From NCBI RefSeq assembly GCF_009914755.1, contig NC_060933.1: a stretch of DNA of 64,000 bases; one strand, 5' to 3'. The position numbers were made by a program, and so were the translations under genes. Positions within the stretch are counted from its first letter, which is position 1, and the number at the start of each line of letters is the position of its first letter. Source of the DNA: the human T2T-CHM13v2.0 reference genome, Homo sapiens. Positions 25,577 to 39,750 of this stretch are shown in pieces. Below the pieces are notes generated by a model, which was not told the DNA's origin, made no database searches, and saw only the letters and a program-made list of their open reading frames with translations.

Positions 25577-27399
25577 TCAGTACGCCATCTATACTTTGTG
25601 TTAGTATCATTCAGGCAATATCCCTAATATTTCATCTCCTTTCACATCAGTATGGAGGCAGGAAAAATTAAGGAGTGAGTCCTTGAAGTGAATAAGGGCC
25701 ACCAATTTAATGCCCCATGAAATTTAGTAGCCTGTAAGGGGGCCTTTTTGAAGTGAGCCACCAACTATCCTTTTATGTTTCTGTGTTGCCTTGAAGTAGT
25801 TTGTATACAACTATATTGATCCTCACTAGCCATAAAGGAAAAGACTTTGCTTCTGCTTCCCATTGTAAAAAGACCCCATGTAGGTAGTCTCCTGGGAAAT
25901 CTAATAGGGACTCCTCCTTTTGGTCCTGTACACCACTTTTGATTTTCATAGCATCTCAAGATCTCTGTCTTTGGAAAAATTACTCTGCACAGTAAGCACA
26001 TTCTTCAGGGGGAAGGTGAAGAAGAACTGATATATGGTACACTTAACATACACAGGTACATTTTACGCTCCATCATAATTAGTCCTCAAACTAACCTTGG
26101 GAAGAAGAGAGTATAATCCCTATATCATGAATAAGGGAATTGATGTTCCTAAGTTATTTATTTGATTTCCTACTGATAGCGATGGTCAGTGATGAACCTA
26201 AACTGTTCTCTCTAACATCTAAATCAATGCTAGCTTCACTAGACCATGCTGCCTCTGTGGAGGCAGGTAGAACTTGCCTCATGTTTAAGAAGGGCCGGAA
26301 GATTCACCAAAGGGATAATAAGACTTGTATTATGGTATTTTCCTGCCATATTGTACACTTGAGAAAACCATATGACTTCTTTGAAACTTCTGTTTTCTCC
26401 ACCCTTGCACATCTCCCCGGCTTGTTGAAGATCAAATGAAATAATGAAAGCCAAAGTGCTTGGTAGGCTGACAAGTGCTATGTGAAAGTGAGATGTTGAT
26501 ACTATCCAAAGAAATCTTACCAAGTTTTGTCTGATATTTAAGAGGGTGCAAGTGAGAATATCACTCAGCTACTACTTACAGAAAGCAACATTTTTTCTAC
26601 ACCCTGTGAGTTGGTGTAGGAGAACCAGCTACTTGTGTTCTTGGCAATAACTGTTACCAGTAATATTTCAGTTAAAGTGACCGCTAATTAATCAGAATTG
26701 CATTGAATTTATAGTATAATCCAATTTTAATGGCAACACGTCTGCCACTTTTGGTATCTACTCTTAAGTAGAGAAGTTTTCTGGACCCAGCTTCCCAGTC
26801 TATTAACTTCTTCATTTGGGCTGGAAACCATTGTGTCTATTATAACTCCTTTAGAGCTATTTCTTGATAAGGAAAAATATGGAATGGCTTAGCATGGTAG
26901 TATTTTAATCCTCAAGGTTACTAGAATTATATATAATAAAAATATTAGAACTTGAAGGGAAGAACTTACAGATCAACTAATTATTGATTTGCTAATTTAT
27001 TTAATTCTAACCTTTATTAAGAACTTCCCTGTGCCAGGCACTACACTAGGGATCAGGAAGACAGAAATGGAAGGCAAAAGTTTTTGCTTTTCAAGGGTCC
27101 CAAGTCTGGAGAAATAGTCTGCATTTTGTAAATTCCATAAGTGGTTTGCTGAAGGTCATGTCATTATTAGTTAGTGGACAGATCAAAGAAAACTAACCTG
27201 GAATATTCTAATCCAAAAAAGTTTGTAGGTAGACTTTCTCCTCACTAACTCCTTGAAAACATTAGAATATGCTCTTCTAAGGCTTGTATTCATTTGTTGG
27301 GTTTTCAGAGCAAGGTATACAGCCACATACTGACATTGTAAGTCCAGGCTCATTATGGGTGAGTCACATGTGCATGTTGGAGAAGGACATAGGGGGTTT

Positions 27400-27620
27400 C
27401 AAGGTGATGAATAGCTAGGGTTTGCAGTCAGCCATTTCTGCCCTTGGCACATATCTGTTATGAGGACTTGAGAAGTCATTTAATCTTGCATGGCTTTATT
27501 TTAAATGGGAGCACTAATACCTACCTTATAAGCAGTTGGATAGAGGATGAAAAAAATGTGTAAAATTCTTATTGCAGTATTTATCACAAAATAAGTATTT
27601 AAGCATCCTAGTTACCATGA
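27400..27620 (+). mobile_element. MIR SINE
   Basis: GACTTGAGAAGTCATTTAATCT...TAAATGGGAGCACTAATACCTACC core. Confidence 0.65.
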
Positions 27621-29092
27621 TGATTCATACCTATCCCAGACTGGGAAGAGATCTAGCCCCATCTTGACTCTGACACTTGGTATCTTTTGGATCTTGGGAA
27701 AGACAATTTATTTCTCCAAGTTTATTTTTCTTTCTCTGGATGATGAAAATTTTAATAACTTTCCTTAGGGGTTAGTGAGGGGATTTTCCTTTATTTATAC
27801 ATTTATTTTATATACCCATGTCAAACTCCTCTTATGCACCAGGAAATGTTCTAGCTCCTGGAGAATCAGTAATGAACAAGGGTAGCATAATACATGTGAA
27901 GTATCTGGGAGATCGTAGGAACTTAAATGCAAGCTAACCTCATTGCACTAATAATCACAGCAGATCTGCTATTACCATTCAATCAAACTTGGTTATAAAA
28001 ATAATTAATATTATCTACTCAAAATTACTGTTTCACCCACAAGACATATTTATCCCCTTATGCATTTGTGATTTTAATACACTGGCAGTCTCAACAGCCT
28101 ATCCCAGGTTACTGAGACCACCAAGATAAAACGTTAGAATTTCCACACATTTGTATGTATTCCCTCTTCCATGGTACCTTCCATCTGACCTCCTCCAGCC
28201 TCTGAATTTCTATTTAATAAGAAGCTGAGTGGAAAATCAGACCTTCACCCCTGGAAATCCATTTGCTTCTGCCTGTGTTTACAAAACTGATGATGCCTTG
28301 CAACAAACTCGATCTTCTTACTGACTTCTAGTCACAGTGTATTTGGGGGATTAACAATGATAATTTAGTTCTAAGCCCTATTCTCTTGATTTAAACAGTT
28401 GCACCAACAACTGTGAGCTTCATTTCTTTCCTAGGTCTGTCTACCTCCCGATGTACTACACCTCTGAAATAGGTCTTGAGAAGTACCTTATTAGGCATTG
28501 GGGTGATATACTGCTTAAACAGGAGAGGTCTGTCCTAGTTGCTTATGAATGCCTGAATTCCTTAGCTGAGTTCTGGAGCCACCCACAGATCTGCTATCTA
28601 CCCCTGTGGAGCTGACTTGGAAGCCGTGAGTTGCAGACATTGATTTGCTGACCCTTAATCTGGGTGCAATCAAACAGAACACCCTGGTATGTGGCTTATG
28701 CACTCACTTGGTTCAGCTAAGGACAAGGACCTAAGTCCAGGTCACTTCCCCTGGCTCTAACACATCATACCCTGATTTACCTGTAAAAGCAAGTGCTTCT
28801 AGGGCAGCGACTTACAAACTAGGTTTCTGAGGAGGTAGCTTTGAGTTAGCCTGGGCGGAGGCAGGGGAAGGACTTCTTTGGGTCCCACATGATCTATCTT
28901 AGGCAGAACAGTTTTGATTATATTTATTTGCTATATATTTGGCTTCTCTTAAAAAGATAATTTAAAAAATTATTCTTGGGCTCATTTATTTATGTTTGGA
29001 AACAACCCTTTAGGGTAATTGTTTTGCTCTTTTATCTTCCTAATCCTTTCCTTGCACTCTTAAATATGGTGACCCTAGGATTTCTCCATAGC

Positions 29093-29463
29093 TGTATTAG
29101 TCCATTCTCACACTGCAATAAGGAAATACCCGAGACAGGGTAATTTATAAAGGAAAGAGGTATAATTGACTCACAGTTCTACATGGCTGGGGAGGCCTCA
29201 GGAAGCTTACAATCATGGTGGAAGGGGAAGCGAGGACCTTCTTCACATGGCAGCAGGAGAGAGAAGAGCTAGAAAGAGCAGGGAAACTCCTTATAAAACC
29301 ATCAGATCTTGTGAGAGCTCACTCACTATTATGAAAACAGCATGGGGGAACCCACCCACCATGATACAATTGCCTCCCACAGGGTCTCTCCCGTGACACT
29401 TGGGGATTCTGGGGATTACAATCCAAGATGAGATTTGGGTGGGGACACAACCAAATCATATCA
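29093..29463 (-). mobile_element. THE1-type MaLR solo LTR (THE1C/D-like)
   Basis: TGTATTAGTCCATTCTCACACTGC ... GGGGACACAACCAAATCATATCA; perfect 5-bp TSD ATAGC. Confidence 0.93.
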
Positions 29464-29597
29464 ATAGCTATTTGTTTTATTTCTCCTAACGTAGAGTTGA
29501 TGTGGAGGGTTGGCTTGTTAGGGGTGGAAAGGCAGTATTCCCTACCTCATGATCTCTGTCAATGCCCTTCTAAGCCACCCCGTCATATACAGCCTAA

Positions 29598-29750
29598 TCA
29601 AGGGCTTCATAGATTTTAATGTGTGCACAACGGGTTATTTTATTAAAATGAGATTCTGATTCAATAGGTTGGAATGAAACCTGAGATTCTAACAAGCTCT
29701 GTGATGATGCTAATGCTGCTAGTGTGTGGACCACCCTTTGAGTCAAGAGG
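29598..29750. mobile_element. MER5A-type MITE
   Basis: GATTCTGATTCAATAGGT...CTAACAAGCTC...GATGCTAATGCTGCT...GGACCACCCTTTGAGT. Confidence 0.75.
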
Positions 29751-30149
29751 GCCTAGGTAAATGTAATGTGTTCGATACAAAAACACAACCTCAAGACAAA
29801 TTCCTCTTTACCCCATTGCTAATCTAATTGTGGCTCCTATGTAGAAAACCTGGAGTTGCTACTGTTTCTTCACACTACGTTGCCTGGTATGAATCTTTCC
29901 CTATTCTGCCTACAATCAGGCCAGCAGATCTGAGTAGTGGGGGGAATACCTTGATACCAATCACTTGGATTTTTTCTTTTTTGTAACTGAAATTGGCAGG
30001 GGGTGTGGGACGGGAATCGCTATACGACAGACACCATAGCAGGCACTCACCATACAATATCACATCTAATATTTTACATTTTGTAGGTACATGTATAAGA
30101 GCCATGTCCTGTTTAAGGAAACTGAAGTGATAGAGCTTAAGCTATAGAA

Positions 30150-30345
30150 ATGGCTCAGTTCACTTTGTGCTGCTATAACTAACACCACCACCTGGGTAAG
30201 TTATAAAGAACAGAATTTATTCCTCATAGTTCTGGAGGCTGGGAAGTTCAAGGTCAAGCTGCTGGCATCTGATGAGGACCTTCTTACTGCATCGTCATAT
30301 AGTGGAAGGCAAAAGGGAAAGAAAGAGCAAACCCACTTCCAGAGC
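30150..30345 (-). mobile_element. MST/MLT1A-type LTR fragment
   Basis: GCTGCTATAAC...CTCATAGTTCTGGAGGCTGGGAAGTTCAAGGTCAAG. Confidence 0.75.
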
Positions 30346-30849
30346 CTCAAAAACATCATTATTCTGCTCCCTTTCCATCCAATAATGTAAATAGGCTGTG
30401 TCTTTTGTAAAAGTATTTTGGGAAAACAATCTCCTAGAATGACTCAGCAAAAATCAGCCTTTTGAAACTTTTATCATTCACTCATCTCTTTTCATCACCA
30501 ACTCCATCCAATTAGTTTTTGCATCCTAGGGATCCTTCAATTCTCTCACTTGAGTGGTTTCAGTATTCAACTAACTGGGACCATGCCTGCTGTCTTGGCC
30601 ACCACAAATTCATCCTGCATGCTATTATTAAATAAGATTTTCCAAAGATCTTTGTGTACTCTTCTCCTGAGACTCCTTCAATGACTCTCCATTACATACA
30701 AAATGAAATACAAGTTCTCTCACCTGGTATTTAATGTCCTCTATGACCTGGCCTCAGCCAATGTCTTCTGCCTTGTGTTTTAAATAATCATTACACAGTT
30801 ACATTACAGCCATACCAGGATATTTGCCACTGGAAAATACAACATAAAC

Positions 30850-30889
30850 TATATTAGTTAGGGGTCTCCAGGGAAACAGAACTGATAAA

Positions 30890-30943
<54 letters not shown>

Positions 30944-31315
30944 AGAGAAAGATTTATTTTAAGAAATTGTATCATTGTGGGGCTGGTGAGTTTGAAATCT
31001 GAAGGGCAGGATAATAGGTGGGAGACTCAAGGAAAAGTTGATATTGTAGCTCTATTTGGAAAGTCTACTTGGAAAATCTGGAAGCAGGATTTCCTCTTAC
31101 TTAGGGGTCATTTGCCTTTTCCTCTTGAGGCCTTCAGCTGATTGGACGAGGCCCAGCCACATTATGGAGGGTAATCTGCTTTACTCAAAGTCTACTGATT
31201 TAAATGTTAATCTCACCTAAAATTATCTTTATAATAACATGTAGATTAGTATTTTACCAATAATTTGGGTACCATGGCTGAGCCAAGTTGACAGGACATA
31301 TAAAATTAACCATCA
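30850..31315 (-). mobile_element. MLT2 (ERVL) LTR containing a (TG)25 microsatellite
   Basis: TATATTAGTTAGGGGTCTCCAGGGAAACAGAAC ... ATAAAATTAACCATCA. Confidence 0.88.
30891..30940. repeat. (TG)25 perfect microsatellite
   Basis: Direct reading. Confidence 0.98.
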
Positions 31316-31669
31316 TTTGAACATCCACACTGCTGGGCCTGGAATGACATTCCCACTGCCATAAGGTATTTCTAGGTTGTCCAAATAAAACATATTTCCT
31401 TTATGGTTTTCCCTGCTACTCTTTGCATGTACAGCCAATGTAGTATTTTCCCTAGTTTGCCTTGTTTTGATCTAAACTATGTACGTACGGGCTTCTTACT
31501 CAGATCATGGGCAAGTTTCTATGGGCTATAGGTGTGCATCTCCAGAGTGTTCACTGCAAGTGCATTACATTGGTCTGAACCTCCAAAAGTACACAAGAAA
31601 TTAGTGTAGGCTGATTTCTTTGTTTCTATAGAGGTAGTGAATTGCACTGGGTGTTGCTTGTAGGAGAAG

Positions 31670-31860
31670 ACTTCCTGGCTGAAATTCTAGCCCTGATACT
31701 TACTGTGCAACTTCAGGCAAGTGACTTAACCTCTCTGTTCCTCACATCTATTCTCTCATTTTGATTATTGTGAGGAATAAATGCATTAATACATTTAAGC
31801 ATCTTAGAACAGTGCTTGACATATGGTAAATGTTCAGTAAATATTAACTGATAGTATTAT
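31670..31860 (+). mobile_element. MIR SINE
   Basis: GGCAAGTGACTTAACCTCTCTG...GTGAGGAATAAATG...CTTAGAACAGTGCTTGACATATGGTAA. Confidence 0.8.
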
Positions 31861-32039
31861 CTTTATGGATATATGCTTCCAAATGTTGGAGTGGAGAATG
31901 GTGTTCTGCCTATTAAGAGTTCTCAAGATAGGAGATGCCCATTATTTGGAATCTTAGACCCTAAGAGTAGACAAAGACTTTATTGCTGCTTAAGTGCTGA
32001 AGGTCATAAATTCCTTGAAAATCCAGTGAAGGCTGTGTA

Positions 32040-32587
32040 TAGACACACCTCATTTTATTGCACTTCATTTTATTGTGATTCACAGATTTTGCTTTTTTTT
32101 TTTTTTACATATTCAAGGTTTGTGGCAATCCTGCATTGAATAAGCTTCTGAGCACCATTTTTCCAACAGCATGATGTGCTTACATCCTATCTCAGTGTCA
32201 TCATGTTTTAGCAATAAAATATTTTTAAATTAAGGTATGTACATTGTTTTTTCAGACATGATGCTCTTTTTTTTTTTAAACAAATTCAAGGTGTGTGGCA
32301 ATCCTGCATTGAATGAGCCTATGAGCACCATTTTTCCAACAGCATGATGTGCTTACTTCCTATCTCAGTGTAGTCATCTTTTAGCAATAAAGTATTTTTA
32401 AATTAAGGTATGTACATTGGTTTTTCAGACATGATGCTCTTGCACAGTTAATAGACTATAGTATAGTGTCAACATAAGTTGTATATGCACTGGGTATCCA
32501 AAAACTTTTTGTGACTTGCTTTATTGCAATATTTGCTTTATTGTCATTGTCTAGAACTGAACCCACAATGTCTCCAATGTATGCCTG
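32040..32587 (+). mobile_element. Internally deleted Tigger1 with internal tandem duplication, nested in an older hAT-like element
   Basis: Left end (C/T)AGACACACCTCATTTTATTGCAC, right end CAATGTCTCCAATGTATGCCTG; both Tigger1 termini present, transposase absent. Confidence 0.85.
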
Positions 32588-32712
32588 TGCTCTTTCCCCA
32601 GAAAAAATGCATGTGTATACATATAATTACTACACACAATTTTAAGAATTCACAGGGCATACCTCCCCATCCGTAAACACTTTAGGGATACATGTTAAGA
32701 ATCCATAGTGTC

Positions 32713-32988
<276 letters not shown>

Positions 32989-33571
32989 AGCACAGTGGTT
33001 GCCAATGTAATACTCAATGCTGAATGAATACATTGAGTCGAAAGGGTGTACCTCTCACTAAGGACTTCACCCATATCCAAGGAACTGTTCTGAAATTGTT
33101 CGTCCTGCAATAGTAATGAGATAAAATAAACTAAAGATCCCTTCTCCAAAGAGCCATATTAAGAAGATGAAGAGACACAGACCAGACTCAAGAGAGGCAA
33201 TGGGTTCTGAGAACCTAAAAGAAAAAGTGTGCTCTTGGGCTCCACTGACCTGGGATCAAAGCCCAGCTCACCTATGATATCTTCTGAAGAACATCTAGCC
33301 TCTTAGAGATTTCGTTTCCTCGTTTGTAAAACATGAATGGTACTTTCCTGGAAAAGGTTTTCCAAAACTTAAAGGAGAAAATACAAGAAGCACAATGCAC
33401 AATGTTAGTAGCAATGACATCAAACACAAGTCGTGGAAACAAGGATAAAAGTGATTTATGCTTTGTGTAGTCACTGCCAGGAGCATCAGAAATGCACAAA
33501 TCCCTGTGCGCTTGTGATTGTTGAATGTAGCCCTGCCCACCCTGAAAAATGGTAGCAACCGCCATGGGGTC

Positions 33572-33920
<349 letters not shown>

Positions 33921-34093
33921 TTATGGAGTATCTCATAAGGCACCATAGTTTGTAAAAATCAAAGCACAGTTGTTTCAAAATCCTAACTACATATTAGAAT
34001 CACCTGGGAGCTTTAATGAAAAGGGGATTTACAGGCTCTCCTCAGATTCAGAATCTGCCTGTTAGCACACTTTCAGCAAGAATATCAAATTGA

Positions 34094-34393
34094 GGCCGGG
34101 CGCAGTGGTTCACGCTTGTAATCACAAACACCTTGGGAGGCCGAGGCAGGCAGATCATCTGAGGTCAGGAGTTCGAGACCAGCCTGGCCAACATGGTGAA
34201 ACGCCGTCTCTACTAAAAATACAAAAATTAGCCAGGAGTGGTGGCAGGTGCCTGTAGTCCCAGCTACTTGGGAGGCTGAGGCAGGCAGGAGAGTCGCTTG
34301 ACCCCAGGAGGTGGAGGTTGTAGTGAGCCGAAATCGCGCCGCTGCCCTCCAACCTGGGAGACACAGAGTGAGACTCAGTCTCAAAAAAAGAAA
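34094..34393 (+). mobile_element. Alu (AluSx-like), full length
   Basis: 16-bp TSD AAGAATATCAAAT(T/C)GA. Confidence 0.97.
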
Positions 34394-36680
34394 AAGAATA
34401 TCAAATCGAGTCCATTACTCCCCTGTGTTAACCTTATCCCTAAAGATCTTGTGAATTCTACATCTGTGACACTCCATGTGTTCCTTGTATGTACTTTGTG
34501 GGCAGATGGGCTTCATATGTATTTCAGGAAGTAAGTGAGCCCTCAGAGTATGGCAGTGGGTGGGGCAGTTAGGAAGCTTTAAGTCTGGTATTTAAGAGAT
34601 GGCAAGTGGCATTCATTATTTAGTCACTAAATAGACACTGTGTACCCTCATAGTGCCAGGCTTGTGTGAGAGACACAGAGAGGAATAAAGCACAGACACT
34701 TGTCTTCCATCACTAGTTTCTTAATAGAACAATACCTTTGGTACTTATATCCTGATCTTTCTAATTAGGCTGGGATACAGATGGGCATAAAGTGGGAGAG
34801 GAAGGTAACTGTGGGGTTTATTAAACTGTGGGATTCATCCATGGAAGATAAAAAAATCACTAAGTGCTTGCTACATTTTATTTAGGCTGGGATTAGGCAG
34901 GATCCAGTTTTAATGAAGAAAACATTGAAAGAAGGGTTTGTGTCTTGTCATTGCTGTTTCAAAATACTTTATTTTTAAAAAAGTTAAACTCACAAATAAG
35001 ATGCAAGAATAAAAAGAACTTAAACAGTTATTAACATTTTATCACATTTGCTTCATCATTCTCTATATTACATACCGTCTTTTGGAACCATGTGAAAGTT
35101 ACACACATCATACCTTTCATCCCTAAGTGCTTCAGCAATTGAAAGGAGGGGCTCTGAATGCTCAAAGTCTTGGGAAGTTTGAGAGCAGAAGCAATTTTAT
35201 GACATAAGGAAGAAAAAAAAAAAGAAGAAATTGCTCCAAGAAATATAATGGCAAAAGATGGTTTAGATAAAGGTGTGCTCAGTAGCTGTGTGCAAAAATG
35301 TTTGAAAAACTGCAGATGAAAAGAATAGAGTGATACAAATAGCCAGGCTTGATGAGAACAGAGGACACCAGCATCCCAAACCATGAGCCTCATCGCTGGC
35401 AAGACCAGGATTGAATCCATCCTTAAGTCTTAGGCATATAGTACCCCTTACGATGCTGTCTCTAGAGAGCATATCTATTTACATGTCACAAAAATAGGAA
35501 TGCAAAATAATTTATTTGGGAATATGGAAAAGTTGACCTTTAAACCATCAAAGTAAAATAAAGAACACCTGAAGTGAATTAAAATGGCATCGCCTCCCAG
35601 AACTGTTTTCACCCAATTTATACCTTTATTTACCTACTGCAAACGTGCTAAATGAGAGCCAGTTACAATACCCATTAAAGAGGGTCCTAAAGTAATTCTT
35701 TTAAATTGGTTCTAATGGCCTTAAAAAAATACCCACTGTATTTTAGAGGAGTAAAGTAAGAATGACAGGGAGAGAAATGTTAGTGCTACTTTTATCCACT
35801 TTGCTTTCTAGAGCAACTTCGACCTTTGGAAGGGGAGGATGGTGAGTAGGGTGTTAGTTACATCATCATAATTATGCAGAGCTCCTAGTGTAATTTTGAG
35901 AATTAAAGGAGATCATGTATGTGGAGCATCTATCACAGGGATTGAAGCGTAGATAATGAACAATATAGGGCATTTTCCTTTTTTGTCTATTCAAACTGTA
36001 AAAAAAAAAAAAAAAGAATATTCTTCATACAGACCCTAATGATCCATGAAGGAAGGATCTTCATGTCAAAAGAGGACTTGGAAATGGTAGCAAAGACCCA
36101 AGAGAAAACTTACTTACCCTTATTAAGAGAAAAATATTTGGGGAATTAATTATAGCACTTGAAATAAAGTTTAAGAAAGAATAGGGTGGTTTAGATTTCA
36201 AATGCATGTAATACAATGGGGCTTTTATTTATAGAATGAATTTTCTCTTTGAAGCCTGATTTTTCCACCTCATTTTCCAGTATATTGTCTTTTAATTATT
36301 CTCTTAGGGGCAGTCATGAGGCCCTTTGCACAAAATCCCCCAAATTATATCCAAAATTTAATACAGTGCTTGGCACATAGCAGATGCTTAGTAAATATTG
36401 ATAAGAAATTATTGCTAGATTATACAGAGAGGGTTTTCATAAGTGTGCAGCAGCTTACGAGGCAGGAAATAGAATGTCTATGGTCACTACTGATTTAGGC
36501 GTGAAAACAGGGAAGGCTTTGTGAATTAAAGAGATAACTTTTTTATACAAACATTTTATCAATCTGTCTATAATTTTTATCTTTTGTATCAACTCGTATT
36601 TGCCAAATATCTACCATGTACTAGGCACTGTACTGGCTGCTAGGGGTAGGTTTATGGGATTTGTGGAAAGAAAACAGTAA

Positions 36681-36955
<275 letters not shown>

Positions 36956-37079
36956 ATCTGGCTTTAATGAAAATGAGGCGGTGTAATATACACTAATAGC
37001 TTCATGTAGGTAAACAAGACAAAACCAAATGTGGGAGAGGATGGGATGCATTAGCCATGAGGAGCATGGATGTTTCATA

Positions 37080-37850
37080 TGACCTTTCACTCTCATTTAT
37101 TCCAAAAGTGTATGCACGTTTTCTGATTATAAAATCATATTAACCCACTGTAAATAATTTAAACAATATATCTTAAACTATGTGATGGGTTCGCATGTAC
37201 CTATGACAATTTCTCTTTATTATTTCAAAATTATACTTATAGATTATATATATACTTTGTATTATGATGTATTTAATTTTTTTAAGTTTTAGAAAAATAA
37301 TTCAAACAGTTTAGAAAAGTACAGAGAAGAAATTCTGTCAATCACGTAAATGTCAATTGCTAATACTATGTTGAAAATCCTCTGAAATCTATTATTTCTT
37401 ATGGGTACTCTTGTACTCCTCCATTTCTTTCACTGCACCTAAACACATACATGCATACACACACACATACACACACATGCACACACACACACAGAGAACA
37501 TTTTGTATAAATGAGATCATACTGTCCATGCTTCCTGTGGTCTGCTTTTTTCACTTGACAAGATATTATCTCTCTATGTCCATAAATGTAGAATCCTAGT
37601 GTCCTTTTGATGAACACTCACTTTCTCCCTGTATGAGCAAAGATTGTGCTTTAATTAATATGTGCCATAGGATGGATATCTAAATTGTTTTCAGATGTTC
37701 ATGTGTGTATATGTAGGTGTGTGTGCATGTGTGTGAATGCATGTTTTAATTTTCTAAAGAATTTATGATGATATTATTGCATAGATATCTTTGGAACTTG
37801 GCTATGAGTCATCATAGGATTAATTTCTAGAAGAAAGTTTTCTTTGTTTT
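37080..37850. mobile_element. Old L1M(E) fragments with a (CA)-rich repeat at 37443-37492
   Basis: AAATGAGATCATACTG...TTTTTCACTTGACA and related motifs; boundaries approximate. Confidence 0.55.
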
Positions 37851-38856
37851 TATTTTCTGCCCTTTTTGAAATAATACTTTTTCTATTTTGTAGGTTTTTT
37901 TTTTTTTCCTAAGAAAAGGACACTCTAGACCCAGCACTGGGTGATAACACACAATTTGACTTGTTTGAGATATATTCAACTTCATCATTTGTTACTGTGG
38001 TTTTCATGAATAAAATTTCATGATTGCTTTTCTTTACATAAAAATTAACCAAATATTTGCAGTGCCATTAGTTGAAATTAAATTAATGTAAACAAATTTT
38101 TAATTTTCATGAAGTTGATGTTTCTTACATTTTTCTTAAAAATAAAATTTTGCAGATCTCAACTTACTCCATTTTTTTTCAGAGAGATTTAGCAATTATT
38201 ACTTGGAACTAGGGAAAGAGATGGCTCCTTTACAAGGACAATTTTGATTAGGTAGAGAAGGTAAGGTTTATAAACTTATGCAATCCATGATTTTAGGCTC
38301 CATCCTTCCTGTGGTTTATTCTTGAATCACCCAGATTTACTTCAGGCCTCTTTCAAAGACCTCCTCTTACATAATCTCCCTTTTGTGTTTATTAAATGAT
38401 TCAGGTCAAAACATTGACCAAGATGATTCAGGTCAAACAAGGATGTGTTATGTCCTTGAGCCAAGCCCCATCTTCTCTTTCCTCCTCCACATTTTTGCCT
38501 AGAAATATCTACTGTGACCTAGGAAGATAAGGTATTCAAAGAATGCCCTGAAATGACTCATGACCACTAAGAAATAAAAAGCCCTAATATATTAAAAATT
38601 GCGATACAAAAAAAAAAGGTCTGGTATACATTGGCATCAATAGACATTCAGGACAAAATAACTTTTGATTTGCTATTAGAAGGAGGAAAGAAAATATGGA
38701 CATCTTTCTTTATTTGTAAAATCACCGTGGATATCTTAGAGCATTGTTAGAGTGACTATAACAAAATCATTCATTTGAAGCACAAAGTGTATAAGCTACA
38801 TTAACTCCGTTCTTCCCACTTTCCATTGATAGTGTGTTTATGATCATTAATAGCAG

Positions 38857-39232
38857 TTCTGTGACTTGAATTGTGTCCACCCCCCAGATTTATATGTTCA
38901 AACCCTAACCCTTATGTGATGGTATTTGGAGGCAAGGCCTTTGGGAGATGATTAGGTTTTGACAAGGTCATGAGGGTGGGGCCTTCACAATGGGATGACT
39001 GCTCTTGTTTAAGAAAAGTCACCCCAGAGCTTGCTCTCTGATTCTCTCTCTCTCCCCTCTATGTGAGGACACAGTGAGAAGGTCGTTGCCCAGAATGCAA
39101 GCACAATGCCCTCCCCGGAAATCAATTATATTGGCACCTTGGCCTTGGAAAAAACTGTGAAAAAATAAATTTCTGTTATTTAAGACACCCAATTTATGAT
39201 TTTTTTAATGTGAGCTCGAGCTGCTTAAGACA
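38857..39232 (+). mobile_element. MLT1A-type LTR
   Basis: TGAATTGTGTCC...GTGATGGTATTTGGAGG...GTGAGGACACAGTGAGAAGG...AATAAATTTCTGTT...TAAGACA. Confidence 0.85.
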
Positions 39233-39269
39233 GTAGAAGTAGTATCTTAATTTCCAGCATCTGCTTCAT

Positions 39270-39750
39270 CACTTTTTCTTCTTTTCTCCTCTGCTGCTTC
39301 CTCCTCCTCCTCCTCCTTCTCCTCCTTCTTCTTCAAGTTTGTTTCCCCTCTCTTGCTTTTCTCCTTTTCTCCTTTTATTTCACATTAACGACTGTTTTAG
39401 TTCTTATCACTGTTGTTTTTCTTCACTCATTTATTTCATTCTTTTTACTTTTTTTCTTATGATTTCATCATATTCACCTTTGTTTCCCTTTTTCCACATT
39501 TCTTTTTATCATTCTCATTTCCCTTCATGTTTGTCTTTCCTGTGATTTAATTCCTTCATCATTCTTCTCTCTTCCTCATTTTTTTCCTTTCTTTTTCTCT
39601 CCTTCACTTCCTCTTTCTCTTCTTTGTCCTCCTTTTTTTTCTTTCTCTTCTTCCATGTTTCCATATTTTTCCTCCTCTCCTGGCCCAGCCTATTTCACCA
39701 TCCTCACGTCTTCCTCATTTCTTGTCTCATCTGTTCTGTTTCTTGTGTCC
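39270..39750. repeat. CT-rich low-complexity tract
   Basis: ~480 bp strongly pyrimidine-biased on the plus strand. Confidence 0.85.
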
